From: Eledone cirrhosa
Lineage: Eukaryota
Assembly: GCA_964016885.1 (NCBI GenBank)
Contig: OZ024743.1
Coordinates: 101,184,001-101,248,000, forward strand
Length of the DNA stretch: 64,000 nt
Reading direction: 5' to 3'
Of the stretch, positions 1 to 17,100 are shown piece by piece; within the stretch, counting starts at the first letter, position 1, and each line of letters starts with the position of its first letter. A program made the translations under genes and the position numbers. The notes under the pieces are model-generated. The model did not search any database, was not told where the DNA came from, and saw only the letters and a list, made by a program, of their open reading frames with translations.

Positions 1-4
1 CATT

Positions 5-3000
5 AACACACACATGTAGATTACTATAGACCAACACATGTAGATTACTGTACACCAACACATGTAGATTACTGTACACCACACATGCAGGTTACTGTAC
101 ACCACCCGTGCAGGTTACTGTACACCAACAGATGTAGATTACTGTACACCAACACATGTAGATTACTGTACACCAACACATGTAGATTACTGTACACCAA
201 CACATGTAGATTACTGTACACCAACACATGTAGATTACTGTACACCACACATGTAGGTTACTGTACACCACACATGTAGATTACTGTACACCACACATGT
301 AGGTTACTGTACACCACCCATGCAGGTTACTGTACACCACACATGCAGGTTACTGTACACCACACATGTAGATTACTGTACACCACACATGTAGGTTACT
401 GTACACCACCCATGCAGGTTACTGTACACCAACAGATGTAGATTACTGTACACCAACAGATGTAGATTACTGTACACCAACACATGTAGATTACTGTACA
501 CCAACACATGTAGATTACTGTACACCAACACATGTAGATTACTGTACACCACACATGCAGGTTACTGTACACCACACATGTAGATTACTGTACACCACAC
601 ATGTAGGTTACTGTACACCACACATGTAGATTACTGTACACCAACACATGTAGATTACTGTACACCAACACATGTAGATTACTGTACACCAACACATGTA
701 GATTACTGTACACCAACACATGTAGATTACTGTACACTACACATGTAGATTACTGTACACCACACATGTAGATTACTGTACACCAACACATGTAGATTAC
801 TGTACACCAACACATGTAGATTACTGTACACCACACATGTAGATTACTGTACACCACACATGCAGGTTAGTGTACACCACACATGTAGATTACTGTACAC
901 CAACACATGTAGATTACTGTACACCAACACATGTAGAATACTGTACACCAACACATGTAGAATACTGTACACCAACACATGTAGATTACTGTACACTACA
1001 CATGTAGATTACTGTACACCAACACATGTAGGTTACTATACACCTACACATGTAGGTTACTATACACCAACACATGCAAATTACTGTACACCACACATGT
1101 AGATTACTGTACACAAACATGTAGATTACTATACTCCGCACATGTAGATTACTATACACTAACACATCTAGATTATTATACACTAAGACATGCAGATTAC
1201 TATACACCAAAACATGTCGATTACTGTACACCACACATGTAGGTTACTGTACACCACAGATGTAGGTTACTGTACACCACACATGTAGATTAATGTATAG
1301 CACACATGTAGATTACTATACACCACACATGTAAATTACTGTACAGAAACACATGTAGATTAATGTACACCACACATGTATGTTACTGTACACCAACAGG
1401 TAGATTACTGTACACCACACCTGTAGGTTACTGTACACCACACATGTAGGTTACTATACACCAACACATGCAGAATACTATACACCAGCACATGTAGATT
1501 ACTGTACACCACACATGTAGATTACTGTACACCAACACATGTAGATTACTATACACCAACACATGTATATTACTGTACACCAACACATGTAGGTTACTGT
1601 ACAGCAACACATGTAGGTTACTGTACACAAACACATGTATATTATTATACTCCAACACATGTAGATTACTATACAGCAACACATGTATGTTACTGTACAC
1701 CACACATGTAGATTATTATACTCCAACACATGTCGATTACTGTACACCACACATGTAGGTTACTGTACAGCAACACATGTAGATTACTATACACCAACAC
1801 ATGTAGATTACTATACTCCAACACATGTCGATTACTGTACACCACACATGTAGGTTACTGTACAGCAACACATGTAGATTACTATACACCAACACATGTA
1901 AGTTACTGTACAGCAACACATGTAGGTTACTGTATACCACACATGTAGGTTACTGTACACTACACATGTAGGTTACTGTACACCACACATGTAGATTAAT
2001 GTATACCACACATGTAGATTACTGTACACCACACATGTAGATTACTGTACATCACACATGTAGATTACTAAACACCACACATGTAAATTACTGTACACCA
2101 CACATGTAGATTACTGTACGCCACACATGTAGATTAGTATACACCACACATGTAAATTACTGTACAGCAACACATGTAGATTACTGTACACCACACATGT
2201 ATGTTACTATACACCACACATGTAGATTACTGTACACCAGCACATGTAGATTACTATACACCAGCACATGTAGATTACTGTACACCGACACATGTAGATT
2301 ACTGTACACCAATACATGTAGGTTACTGTACAGCAACACATGTAGGTTACTGTACACCAACACATGTAGATTATTATACTCCAACACATGTAGATTACTG
2401 TACACCACCACATGTAAATTACTATACACCACACATATAGGTTACTGTACACCACACATGTAGATTACTGAACACCACACATGTATGTTACTATACACCA
2501 ACAAATGTAGGTTACTGTACACCAATACATGTAGGTTACTATACACCAGCACATGTAGATTACTGTACACCGACACATGTAGATTACTGTACACCAACAC
2601 ATGTAGGTTACTGTACAGCAACACATGTAGGTTACTGTACACCAACACATGTAGATTACTATACACCAACACATGTAGGTTACTATACACCAAAACATGT
2701 AGATTACTGTACACCGACACATGTAGATTACTGTACACCAACACATGTAGGTTACTGTACACCACACATGTAGATTACTGTACACCACACATGTAGGTTA
2801 CTGTACACCACACATGTAGATTACTGTACACCAACACATGTAGATTACTGTACACCAACACATGTAGATTACTGTACACCAACACATGTAGATTACTGTA
2901 CACCACACATGTAGATTACTGTACACCACACATGCAGGTTACTGTACACCACACATGTAGATTACTGTACACCAACACATGTAGATTACTGTACACCAAC

Positions 3001-6000
3001 ACATGTAGAATACTGTACACCAACACATGTAGATTACTGTACACTACACATGTAGATTACTGTACACCACACATGTAGATTACTGTACACCAACACATGT
3101 AGATTACTGTACACCAACACATGTAGATTACTGTACACCACACATGTAGATTACTGTACACCACACATGCAGGTTAGTGTACACCACACATGTAGATTAC
3201 TGTACACCAACACATGTAGATTACTGTACACCACACATGTAGATTACTGTACACCACACATGCAGGTTAGTGTACACCACACATGTAGATTACTGTACAC
3301 CAACACATGTAGATTACTGTACACCAACACATGTAGAATACTGTACACCAACACATGTAGAATACTGTACACCAACACATGTAGATTACTGTACACTACA
3401 CATGTAGATTACTGTACATCAACACATGTAGGTTACTATACACCTACACATGTAGGTTACTATACACCAACACATGCAAATTACTGTACACCACACATGT
3501 AGATTACTGTACACAAACATGTAGATTACTATACTCCGCACATGTAGATTACTATACACTAACACATCTAGATTATTATACACTAAGACATGCAGATTAC
3601 TATACACCAAAACATGTCGATTACTGTACACCACACATGTAGGTTACTGTACACCACAGATGTAGGTTACTGTACACCACACATGTAGATTAATGTATAG
3701 CACACATGTAGATTACTATACACCACACATGTAAATTACTGTACAGAAACACATGTAGATTAATGTACACCACACATGTATGTTACTGTACACCAACAGG
3801 TAGATTACTGTACACCACACCTGTAGGTTACTGTACACCACACATGTAGGTTACTATACACCAACACATGCAGATTACTATACACCAGCACATGTAGATT
3901 ACTGTACACCACACATGTAGATTACTGTACACCAACACATGTAGATTACTATACACCAACACATGTATATTACTGTACACCAACACATGTAGGTTACTGT
4001 ACAGCAACACATGTAGGTTACTGTACACAAACACATGTATATTATTATACTCCAACACATGTCGATTACTGTACACCACACATGTAGGTTACTGTACAGC
4101 AACACATGTAGATTACTATACACCAACACATGTAGATTACTATACACCAACACATGTCGATTACTGTACACCACACATGTAGGTTACTGTACAGCAACAC
4201 ATGTAGATTACTATACACCAACACATGTAAGTTACTGTACAGCAACACATGTAGGTTACTGTATACCACACATGTAGGTTACTGTACACCACACATGTAG
4301 GTTACTGTACACCACACATGTAGATTAATGTATACCACACATGTAGATTACTGTACACCACACATGTAGATTACTGTACATCACACATGTAGATTACTAA
4401 ACACCACACATGTAAATTACTGTACACCACACATGTAGATTACTGTACGCCACACATGTAGATTAGTATACACCACACATGTAAATTACTGTACAGCAAC
4501 ACATGTAGATTACTGTACACCACACATGTATGTTACTATACACCACACATGTAGATTACTGTACACCAGCACATGTAGATTACTAAACACCAGCACATGT
4601 AGATTACTGTACACCAACACATGTAGGTTACTGTACAGCAACACATGTAGGTTACTGTACACCAACACATGTAGATTATTATACTCCAACACATGTAGAT
4701 TACTGTACACCAACACTAGTAGGTTACTGTAAAGCAACACATGTAGATTACTGTACAACAACACATGTAGGTTACTGTACAGTAACACATGTAGGTGACT
4801 GTACACCAACACATGTAGATTATTATACTCCAACACATGTAGATTACTATATACCAACATATGTAGGTTACTGTACACCACACATGTAGATTATTGTACA
4901 CCAACAGATGTAGATTATTATAATCCAAAACATGTATGTTACTATACACCACGCATGTAGATTACTGTACACCAGCACATGTAGATTACTATACACCGAC
5001 ACATGTAGATTACTGTACACCAACACATGTAGGTTACTGTACAGCAACACATGTAGGTTACTGTACACCAACACATGTAGATTATTATACTCCAACACAT
5101 GTAGATTACTGTACACCACCACATGTAGATTACTATACACCACACATATAGGTTACTGTACACCACACATGTAGATTACTGTACACCACACATGTATGTT
5201 ACTATACACCAACAAATGTAGGTTACTGTACACCAATACATGTAGGTTACTATACACCAGCACATGTAGATTACTGTACACCGACACATGTAGATTACTG
5301 TACACCAACACATGTAGGTTACTGTACAGCAACACATGTAGGTTACTGTACACCAACACATGTAGATTACTATACACCAACACATGTAGGTTACTATACA
5401 CCAAAACATGTAGATTACTGTACACCGACACATGTAGATTACTGTACACCAACACTAGTAGGTTACTGTAAAGCAACACATGTAGATTACTGTACAACAA
5501 CACATGTAGGTTACTGTACAGTAACACATGTAGGTGACTGTACACCAACACATGTAGATTATTATACTCCAACACATGTAGATTACTATATACCAACATA
5601 TGTAGGTTACTGTACACCACACATGTAGATTATTGTACACCAACAGATGTAGATTATTATAATCCAAAACATGTAGATTACTATACACCACACATGTAGA
5701 TTACTATACAGCAACATATGTGGGTTACTGTACACCACACATGTAGATTATTATACTCCAACACATGTAGATTACTATACACCAACACATGTAGGTTACT
5801 GTACACCACACATGTAGATTATTATACTCCAACACTTGTAGATTACTATACACCAACACATGTCGATTACTGTACACCACACATGTAGATTACTGTACAG
5901 CACACATGTAGGTTACTGTACACCACACATGTAGGTTACTGTACACCACACATGTAGATTACTGTACACCACACATGTAGATTAATGTACACCACACATG

Positions 6001-9000
6001 TAGATTATTTTATACCACACATGTAGATTACTGTACACCACACATGTAGATTACTGTACACCAACACATGCAGATTACTGTACACCAACATATGTAGATT
6101 ACTGTACACCAACACATGTAGATTACTATACACCGACACATGTAGATTACTGTACACCAACACATGTAGATTACTGTACACTAACACATGTAGATTACTA
6201 TACACCAACACATGTAGGTTACTGTACAGCAACACATGTAGGTTATTGTACACCAACACATGTAGATTATTATACTCCAAAACATGTAGATTACTGTACA
6301 CCACCACATGTAGATTACTATACACCAACACATGTAGGTTACTGTACAGCAACACATGTAGATTACTGTACACCAACACATGTAGGTTACTGTACAGCAA
6401 CACATGTAGGTTACTGTACACCAACAGATGTAGATTATTATACTCCAACACATGTAGATTACTATACACCACACATGTAGAGTACTATACAGCAACACAT
6501 GTAGATTACTATAAAGCAACACATGTAGATTACTATACACCAACACATGACGATTACTGTACACCACACATGTAGGTTACTGTACAGCAACACATGTAGA
6601 TTATTATACACCAACACATGTAGGTTACTGTACAGAAACACATGTAGGTTACTGTATACCACACATGTAGGTTACTGTACACCACACATGTAGATTACTG
6701 TACACCACACATGTAGATTAATGTATACCACACAAGTAGATTACTGTACACCACACATGTAGATTACTGTACACCACACATGTAGATTACTAAACACCAC
6801 ACATGTAAATTACTGTACACCACACATGTAGATTACTGTACGCCACACATGTAGATTATTATACACCACACATGTAAATTACTGTACAGCAACACATGTA
6901 GATTACTGTACACCACACATGTATGTTACTATACACCACACATGTAGATTACTGTACACCAACACATGTAGATTACTATACACCAACACATGTAGGTTAC
7001 TATACACCAACACATGTAGATTTCTGTACACCACACATGTAGATTGCTGTACACCAACACATGTAGGTTACTGTACAGCAACACATGTAGATTACTGTAC
7101 ACCAACACATGTAGATTACTGTACACCAACACATGTAGATTACTATACACCTACACATGTAGATTACTGTACACCAACACATGTAGATTACTGTACACTA
7201 ACACATGTAGATTACTATACACCAACACATGTAGGTTACTGTACAGCAACACATGTAGGTTACTGTACACCAACACATGTAGATTATTATACTCCTAAAC
7301 ATGTAGATTACTGTACACCACCACATGTAGATTACTATACACCAACACATGTAGGTTACTGTACAGCAACACATGTAGATTACTGTACACCAACACATGT
7401 AGGTTACTGTACAGCAACACATGTAGGTTACTGTACACCAACAGATGTAGATTATTATACTCCAACACATGTAGATTACTATACACCACACATGTAGAGT
7501 ACTATACAGCAACACATGTAGATTACTATAAAGCAACACATGTAGATTACTATACACCAACACATGTCGATTACTGTACACCACACATGTAGGTTACTGT
7601 ACAGCACACATGTAGATTACTATACACCAACACATGTAGGTTACTGTACAGAAACACATGTAGGTTACTGTATACCACACATGTAGGTTACTGTACACCA
7701 CACATGTAGGTTACTGTACACCACACATGTAGATTAATGTATACCACACATGTAGATTACTGTACACCACACATGTAGATTACTGTACACCACACATGTA
7801 GATTACTAAACACCACACATGTAAATTACTGTACACCACACATGCAGATTACTGTACGCCACACATGTAGATTATTATACACCACAGATGTAAATTATTG
7901 TACAGCAACACATGTAGATTACTGTACACCACACATGTATGTTACTATACACCACACATGTAGATTACTGTACACCAACACATGTAGATTACTATACACC
8001 AACACATGTAGGTTACTGTATACCAATACATGTAGGTTACTATACACCAGCACATGTAGATTACTGTACACCAAGACATGTAGGTTACTGTACAGCAACA
8101 CATGTAGATTACTGTCCACCAACACATGTAGGTTACTGTACAGTAACACATGTAGGTGACTGTACACCAACACATGTAGATTATTATACTCCAACACATG
8201 TAGATTACTATACACCAACACATGTAGGTTACTGTATACCAATACATGTAGGTTACTATACACCAGCACATGTAGATTACTGTACACCAACACATGTAGG
8301 TTACTATACACCAACAAATGTAGGTTACTGTACACCAATACATGTAGGTTACTATACACCAGCACATGTAGATTACTGTACACCGACACATGTAGATTAC
8401 TGTACACCAACACATGTAGGTTACTGTACAGCAACACATGTAGGTTACTGTACACCAAACACATGTAGATTATTATACTCCAACACATGTAGATTACTGT
8501 ACACCACCACATGTAGATTACTATACACCACACATATAGGTTACTGTACACCACACATGTAGATTACTGTACACCACCACATGTAGATTACTATACACCA
8601 ACACATGTAGATTACTATACACCAACAGATGTAGATTACTATACACCAACACATGTAGGTTACTATACACCAAAACATGTAGATTACTGTACACCGACAC
8701 ATGTAGATTACTGTACACCAACACATGTAGGTTACTGTAAAGCAACACATGTAGATTACTGTACAACAACACATGTAGGTTACTGTACAGTAACACATGT
8801 AGGTGACTGTACACCAACACATGTAGATTATTATACTCCAACACATGTAGATTACTATATACCAAAATATGTAGGTTACTGTACACCACACATGTAGATT
8901 ATTGTACACCAACAGATGTAGATAATTATACTCCAACACATGTAGATTACTATACACCACACATGTAGATTACTATACAGCAACATATGTGGGTTACTGT

Positions 9001-10858
9001 ACACCACACATGTAGATTATTATACTCCAACACATGTAGATTAGTATACACCAACACATGTAGGTTACTGTACACCACACATGTAGATTATTATACTCCA
9101 ACACATGTAGATTACTATACACCAACACATGTCGATTACTGTACACCACACATGTAGATTACTGTACACCACACATGTAGGTTACTGTACACCACACATG
9201 TAGATTACTGTACACCACACATGTAGATTAATGTACACCACACATGTAGATTATTTTATACCACACATGTAGATTACTGTACACCACACATGTAGATTAC
9301 TGTACACCAACACATGTAGATTACTGTACACCAACACATGTAGATTACTGTACACCAACACATGTAGATTACTATACACCGACACATGTAGATTACTGTA
9401 CACCAACACATGTAGATTACTGTACACTAACACATGTAGATTACTATACATCAACATATGTAGGTTACTGTACAGCAACACATGCAGGTTACTGTACACC
9501 AACACATGTAGATTATTATACTCCAAAACATGTAGATTACTGTACACCACCACATGTAGATTACTATACAGCAATACATGTAGGTTACTGCACACCAATA
9601 CATATAGGTTACTATACACCAGCACATGTAGGTTACTATACACCAACACATGTAGATTACTGTACACCGACACATGTAGATTACTATACAACAACACATG
9701 TAGGTTACTGTACAGCAATACATGTAGATTACTGTACACCAACACATGTAGGTTACCGTACAGCAACACATGTAGGTTACTGTACACCAACATATGTAGA
9801 TTATTATACTCCAACACATGGATTACTATACACCACACATGTAGAGTACTATATACCAACATATGTGGGTTACTGTACACCACACATGTAGATTATTGTA
9901 CACCAACAGATGTAGATTATTATACTCCAACACATGTAGATTACTATACACCACACATGTAGAGTACTATACAGCAACACATGTAGATTACTATAAAGCA
10001 ACACATATAGATTACTATACACCACACATATAGGTTACTGTTCACCACACATGTAGATTACTATACACCAACATGTAGATTGCTATACACCTACACATGT
10101 AGGTTACTATACACCAGCACATTAAGATTACTATACACAACACATGTAGATTACTATACACCAACATGTAGATTACTATACACCAACACATGTAGGTTAC
10201 TGTACACCACACATGCAGGTTACTGTACACCAACAGATGTAGGTTACTGTACACCACACATGTAGATTACTGTACACCAACAGATGTAGGTTACTATACA
10301 CCAACACATGTAGATTACTCTACACCGACACATGTAGATTACTATACACCAACACATGTAGGTTACTATACACCAACACATGTAGATTACTATACACCGA
10401 CACATGTAGATTACTATACACCAACACATGTAGGTTACTATACACCAACATGTAGATTACTGTACACCACACATGTAGATTGCTATACACCAATACATGT
10501 AGGTTACTGTACACCACACATGTAGATTACTATACACCACACATGTAGATTACTGTACACCACACAGGTAGGTTACTATACACCAACACATGTAGATTAC
10601 TATACACCAACACATTTAGATTACTATACACCACACATGTAGATTACTATACACCACACATGTAGGTTACTATACACCAACACATGTAGATTACTGTACA
10701 CCACACATGTTGATTACTATACACCACACATGTAGATTACTGTACACCACACAGGTAGATTACTATACACCACACATGTAGATTACTATACACCAACACA
10801 TGTAGGTTACTATACACCAACATGTAGGTTATTATACACGAACATATAGGTTACTATA
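5..10858. repeat. 23/24-bp minisatellite array (~460 units), consensus ACATGTAG(A/G)TTACT(G/A)TACACC(A)AC; probably continues beyond the left edge
   Basis: Continuous tandem units visible throughout. The 1-nt CAAC/CAC length variant shifts frames, so the ORFs here (TCRLLYTN, VYSNLHVL) are repeat artefacts. Confidence 0.98.
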
Positions 10859-10923
10859 ATGTGCATCGATCGCTTACTGAGATCAAATAGGGTTGACAAA
10901 CAAACACAAAATAAATTCTGAAT

Positions 10924-10954
<31 letters not shown>

Positions 10955-11174
10955 TAAAACAATTAGGCAAAATGGGGAGGTTTTACATCCCGAAAGCTGT
11001 AGTCATTTTCCCAAGAGAAGACATCTCTCACTCACCCCAAAGTGGGTGGGAGATCTCATCCGTCGGACGGGGAGGACAGGTCTGCAGTGGTTGGACTCAT
11101 GATCATAACGTAGTCTGATTCCTGGATCTGGCAGTGGGATTGTTATTGAGTAAAATACTTTATTTTATGTTGCA

Positions 11175-14100
11175 ATGGAACAGGTAATATCAGCGGTGGA
11201 AATACCAATGGAACAGGTAATTTCAGTGGTGGAAATACCAAGGGAACAGGTAATTTCAGTGGTGGAAATACCAAGGGAACAGGTAATTTCAGTGGTGGAA
11301 ATACCAAGGGAACAGGTAATTTCAGTGGTGGAAATACCAAGGGAACAGGTAATTTCAGTGGTGGAAATACCAATGGAACAGGTATTTTCAGTGGTGGAAA
11401 TACCAAGGGAACAGGTAATATCAGTGGTGGAAATACCAATGGAACAGGTAATATCAGCGGTGGAAATACCAATGGAACAGGTAATTTCAGTGGTGGAAAT
11501 ACCAAGGGAACAGGTAATTTCAGTGGTGGAAATACCAAGGGAACAGGTAATTTCAGTGGTGGAAATACCAATGGAACAGGTATTTTCAGTGGTGGAAATA
11601 CCAAGGGAACAGGTAATATCAGTGGTGGAAATACCAATGGAACAGGTAATATCAGCGGTGGAAATACCAATGGAACAGGTAATTTCAGTGGTGGAAATAC
11701 CAAGGGAACAGGTAATTTCAGTGGTGGAAATACCAAGGGAACAGGTAATTTCAGTGGTGGAAATACCAAGGGAACAGGTAATTTCAGTGGTGGAAATACC
11801 AATGGAACAGGTAATTTCAGTGGTGGAAATACCAAGGGAACAGGTAATATCAGTGGTGGAAATACCAATGGAACAGGTAATATCAACGGTGGAAATACCA
11901 ATGGAACAGGTAATTTCAGTGGTGGAAATACCAAGGGAACAGGTAATTTCAGTGGTGGAAATACCAAGGGAACAGGTAATTTCAGTGGTGGAAATACCAA
12001 GGGAACAGGTAATTTCAGTGGTGGAAATAACAAGGGAACAGGTAATATCAGCGGTGGAAATACCAAGGGAACAGGTAATTTCAGCGGTGGAAATACCAAG
12101 GGAACAGGTAATATCAGTGGTGGAAATACCAAGGGAACAGGTAATTTCAGTGGTGGAAATACCAAGGGAACAGGTAATATCAGCGGTGGAAATACCAATG
12201 GAACAGGTAATATCAGCGGTAGAAATACCAATGGAACAGGTAATATCAGCGGTGGAAATACCAATGGAACAGGTAATTTCAGTGGTGGAAATACCAAGGG
12301 AACAGGTAATATCAGTGGTGGAAATACCAATGGAACAGGTAATATCAGCGGTGGAAATACCAATGGAACAGGTAATATCAGCGGTGGAAATACCAATGGA
12401 ACAGGTAATATCAGCGGTGGAAATACCAATGGAACCGGTAATATCAGTGGTGGAAATACCAATGGAACAGGTAATATCAGTGGTGGAAATACCAATGGAA
12501 CAGGTAATATCAGCGGTGGAAATACCAATGGAACAGGTAATATCAGTGGTGGAAATACCAATGGAACAGGTAATATCAGCGGTGGAAATACCAATGGAAC
12601 AGGTAATATCAGCGGTGGAAATACCAATGGAACAGGTAATATCAGTGGTGGAAATACCAATGGAACAGGTAATATCAGCGGTGGAAATACCAATGGAACA
12701 GGTAATATCAGTGGTGGAAATACCAATGGAACAGGTAATATCAGCGGTGGAAATACCAAGGGTACAGGTAATATCAGCGGTGGAAATACCAATGGAACAG
12801 GTAATATCAGTGGTGGAAATACCAATGGAACAGGTAATATCAGCGGTGGAAATACCAATGGAACAGGTAATATCAGTGGTGGAAATACCAATGGAACAGG
12901 TAATATCAGCGGTGCGGTGGAAATACCAAGGGTACAGATAATATCAGCGGTGGAAATACCAAGGGAACAGGTAATTTCAGTGGTGGAAATGCCAAGGGAA
13001 CAGGTAATTTCAGTGGTGGAAATACCAAGGGAACACGTAATATCAGTGGTGGAAATATCAAGGGAACAGGTAATTTCAGTGGTGGAAATACCAAGGGAAC
13101 AGGTAATTTCAGTGGTGGAAATACCAAGGGAACAGGTAATTTCAGTGGTGGAAATACCAATGGAACAGGTAATATCAGTGGTGGAAATACCAATGGAACA
13201 GGTAATTTCAGTGGTGGAAATACCAAGGTAACAGGTAATTTCAGTGGTGGAAATACCAAGGGAACAAGTAATTTCCGTGGTGGAAATACCAAGGGAACAG
13301 GTAATATCAGTCGTGGAAATACCAAGGGAACAGGTAATATCAACGGTGGAAATACCAAGGGAACAGGTAATTTCAGTGGTGGAAATACCAAAGGGAACAG
13401 GTAATTTCAGTGGTGGAAATACCAAGGGAACAGGTAATTTAAGTGGTGGAAATACCAAGGGAACAGGTAATATCAGCGGTGGAAATACCAAGGGAACAGG
13501 TAATATCAGCGGTGGAAATACCAAGGGAACAGGTAATTTCAGTGGTGGAAATACCAAGGGAACAGGTAATATCAGCGGTGGAAATACCAAGGGAACAGGT
13601 AATTTCAGTGGTGGAAATACCAAGGGAACAGGTAATATCAGCGGTGGAAATACCAAGGGAACAGGTAATATCAGCGGTGGAAATACCAAGGGTACAGGTA
13701 ATATCAGTGGTGGAAATACCAAGGGAACAGGTAATATCAGTGGTGGAAATACCAAGGGAACAGGTAATATCAGCGGTGGAAATACCAATGGAACAGGTAA
13801 TATCAGTGGTGGAAATACCAAGAGAACAGGTAATATCAGTGGTGGAAATACCAAGGGAACAGGTAATATCAGCGGTGGAAATACCAATGGAACAGGTAAT
13901 ATCAGCGGTAGAAATACCAATGGAACAGGTAATATCAGTGGTGGAAATACCAAGGGAACAGGTAATATCAGCGGTGGAAATACCAAGGGAACAGGTAATT
14001 TCAGTGGTGGAAATACCAAAGGGAACAGGTAATTTCAGTGGTGGAAATACCAAGGGAACAGGTAATTTCAGTGGTGGAAATACCAAGGGAACAGGTAATA

Positions 14101-17100
14101 TCAGCGGTGGAAATACCAAGGGAACAGGTAATATCAGCGGTGGAAATACCAAGGGAACAGGTAATTTCAGTGGTGGAAATACCAAGGGAACAGGTAATAT
14201 CAGCGGTGGAAATACCAAGGGAACAGGTAATTTCAGTGGTGGAAATACCAAGGGAACAGGTAATATCAGCGGTGGAAATACCAAGGGAACAGGTAATATC
14301 AGCGGTGGAAATACCAAGGGTACAGGTAATATCAGTGGTGGAAATACCAAGGGAACAGGTAATATCAGTGGTGGAAATACCAAGGGAACAGGTAATATCA
14401 GCGGTGGAAATACCAATGGAACAGGTAATATCAGTGGTGGAAATACCAAGGGAACAGGTAATATCAGCGGTGGAAATATCAATGGAACAGGTAATATCAG
14501 TGGTGGAAATACCAATGGAACAGGTAATTTCAGCGGTGGAAATACCAAGGGAACAGGTAATATCAGTGGTGGAAATACCAAGGGAACAGGTAATATCAGT
14601 GGTGGAAATACCAATGGATCAGGTAATATCAGTGGTGGAAATACCAATGGAACAGGTAATATCAGCGGTGGAAATACCAATGGAACAGGTAATATCAGTG
14701 GTGGAAATACCAAGGGAACAGGTAATATCAGTGGTGGAAATACCAATGGAACAGGTAATATCAGTGGTGGAAATACCAATGGAACAGGTAATATCAGCGG
14801 TGGAAATACCAAGGGAACAGGTAATATCAGTGGTGGAAATACCAATGGAACAGGTAATATCAGCGGTGGAAATACCAATGGAACAGGTAATATCAGTGGT
14901 GGAAATACCAATGGAACAGGTAATATCAGCGGTGGAAATACCAAGGGAACAGGTAATATCAGCGGTGGAAATACCAATGGAACAGGTAATATCAGCGGTG
15001 GAAATACCAAGGGAACAGGTAATATCAGTGGTGGAAATACCAATGGAACAGGTAATATCAGCGGTGGAAATACCAATGGAACAGGTAATTTCAGTGGTGG
15101 AAATACCAATGGAACAGGTAATATCAGTGGTGGAAATACCAATGGAACAGGTAATATCAGCGGTGGAAATACCAATGGAACAGGTAATTTCAGTGGTGGA
15201 AATACCAATGGACCAGGTAATATCAGCGGTGGAAATACCAATGGAACAGGTAATATCAGTGGTGGAAATACCAATTGAACAGGTAATATCAGTGGTGGAA
15301 ATACCAAGGGAACAGGTAATTTCAGTGGTGGAAATACCAATGGAACAGGTAATATCAGTGGTGGAAATACCAATGGAACAGGTAATATCAGCGGTGGAAA
15401 TACCAAGGGAACAGGTAATATCAGTGGTGGAAATACCAATGGAACAGGTAATATCAGCCGTGGAAATACCAAGGGAACAGGTAATATCAATGGTGGAAAT
15501 ACCAAGGGAACAGGTAATTTCAGTGGTGGAAATATCAAGGGAACAGGTAATATCAGCGGTGGAAATATCAAGGGAACAGGTAATTTCAGTGGTGGAAATA
15601 CCAAGGGAACAGGTAATTTCAGTGGTGGAAATACCAATGGAACAGGTAATATCAGTGGTGGAAATACCAATGGAACAGGTAATATCAGTGGTGGAAATAC
15701 CAAGGGAACAGGTAATATCAGCGGTGGAAATATCAATGGAACAGGTAATATCAGTGGTGGAAATACCAATGGAACAGGTAATATCAGTGGTGGAAATACC
15801 AATGGAACAGGTAATATCAGCGGTGCGGTGGAAATACCAAGGGTACAGATAATATCAGCGGTGGAAATACCAAGGGAACAGGTAATTTCAGTGGTGGAAA
15901 TGCCAAGGGAACAGGTAATTTCAGTGGTGGAAATACCAAGGGAACACGTAATATCAGTGGTGGAAATATCAAGGGAACAGGTAATTTCAGTGGTGGAAAT
16001 ACCAAGGGAACAGGTAATTTCAGTGGTGGAAATACCAAGGGAACAGGTAATTTCAGTGGTGGAAATACCAATGGAACAGGTAATATCAGTGGTGGAAATA
16101 CCAATGGAACAGGTAATTTCAGTGGTGGAAATACCAAGGTAACAGGTAATTTCAGTGGTGGAAATACCAAGGGAACAGGTAATATCAGCGGTGGAAATAC
16201 CAAGGGAACAGGTAATTTCAGTGGTGGAAATACCAAGGGAACAGGTAATATCAGCGGTGGAAATACCAAGGGAACAGGTAATATCAGCGGTGGAAATACC
16301 AAGGGTACAGGTAATATCAGTGGTGGAAATACCAAGGGAACAGGTAATATCAGTGGTGGAAATACCAAGGGAACAGGTAATATCAGCGGTGGAAATACCA
16401 ATGGAACAGGTAATATCAGTGGTGGAAATACCAAGAGAACAGGTAATATCAGTGGTGGAAATACCAAGGGAACAGGTAATATCAGCGGTGGAAATACCAA
16501 TGGAACAGGTAATATCAGCGGTAGAAATACCAATGGAACAGGTAATATCAGTGGTGGAAATACCAAGGGAACAGGTAATATCAGCGGTGGAAATACCAAG
16601 GGAACAGGTAATTTCAGTGGTGGAAATACCAAAGGGAACAGGTAATTTCAGTGGTGGAAATACCAAGGGAACAGGTAATTTCAGTGGTGGAAATACCAAG
16701 GGAACAGGTAATATCAGCGGTGGAAATACCAAGGGAACAGGTAATATCAGCGGTGGAAATACCAAGGGAACAGGTAATTTCAGTGGTGGAAATACCAAGG
16801 GAACAGGTAATATCAGCGGTGGAAATACCAAGGGAACAGGTAATTTCAGTGGTGGAAATACCAAGGGGACAGGTAATATCAGCGGTGGAAATACCAAGGG
16901 AACAGGTAATATCAGCGGTGGAAATACCAAGGGTACAGGTAATATCAGTGGTGGAAATACCAAGGGAACAGGTAATATCAGTGGTGGAAATACCAAGGGA
17001 ACAGGTAATATCAGCGGTGGAAATACCAATGGAACAGGTAATATCAGTGGTGGAAATACCAAGAGAACAGGTAATATCAGTGGTGGAAATACCAAGGGAA

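Noticed and set aside
85-10517. Dozens of ORFs with TCRLLYTN / VYSNLHVL / MCWCTVIY repeats
   Set aside because: Translations of the 23/24-bp minisatellite; frames break at every 23-bp unit.
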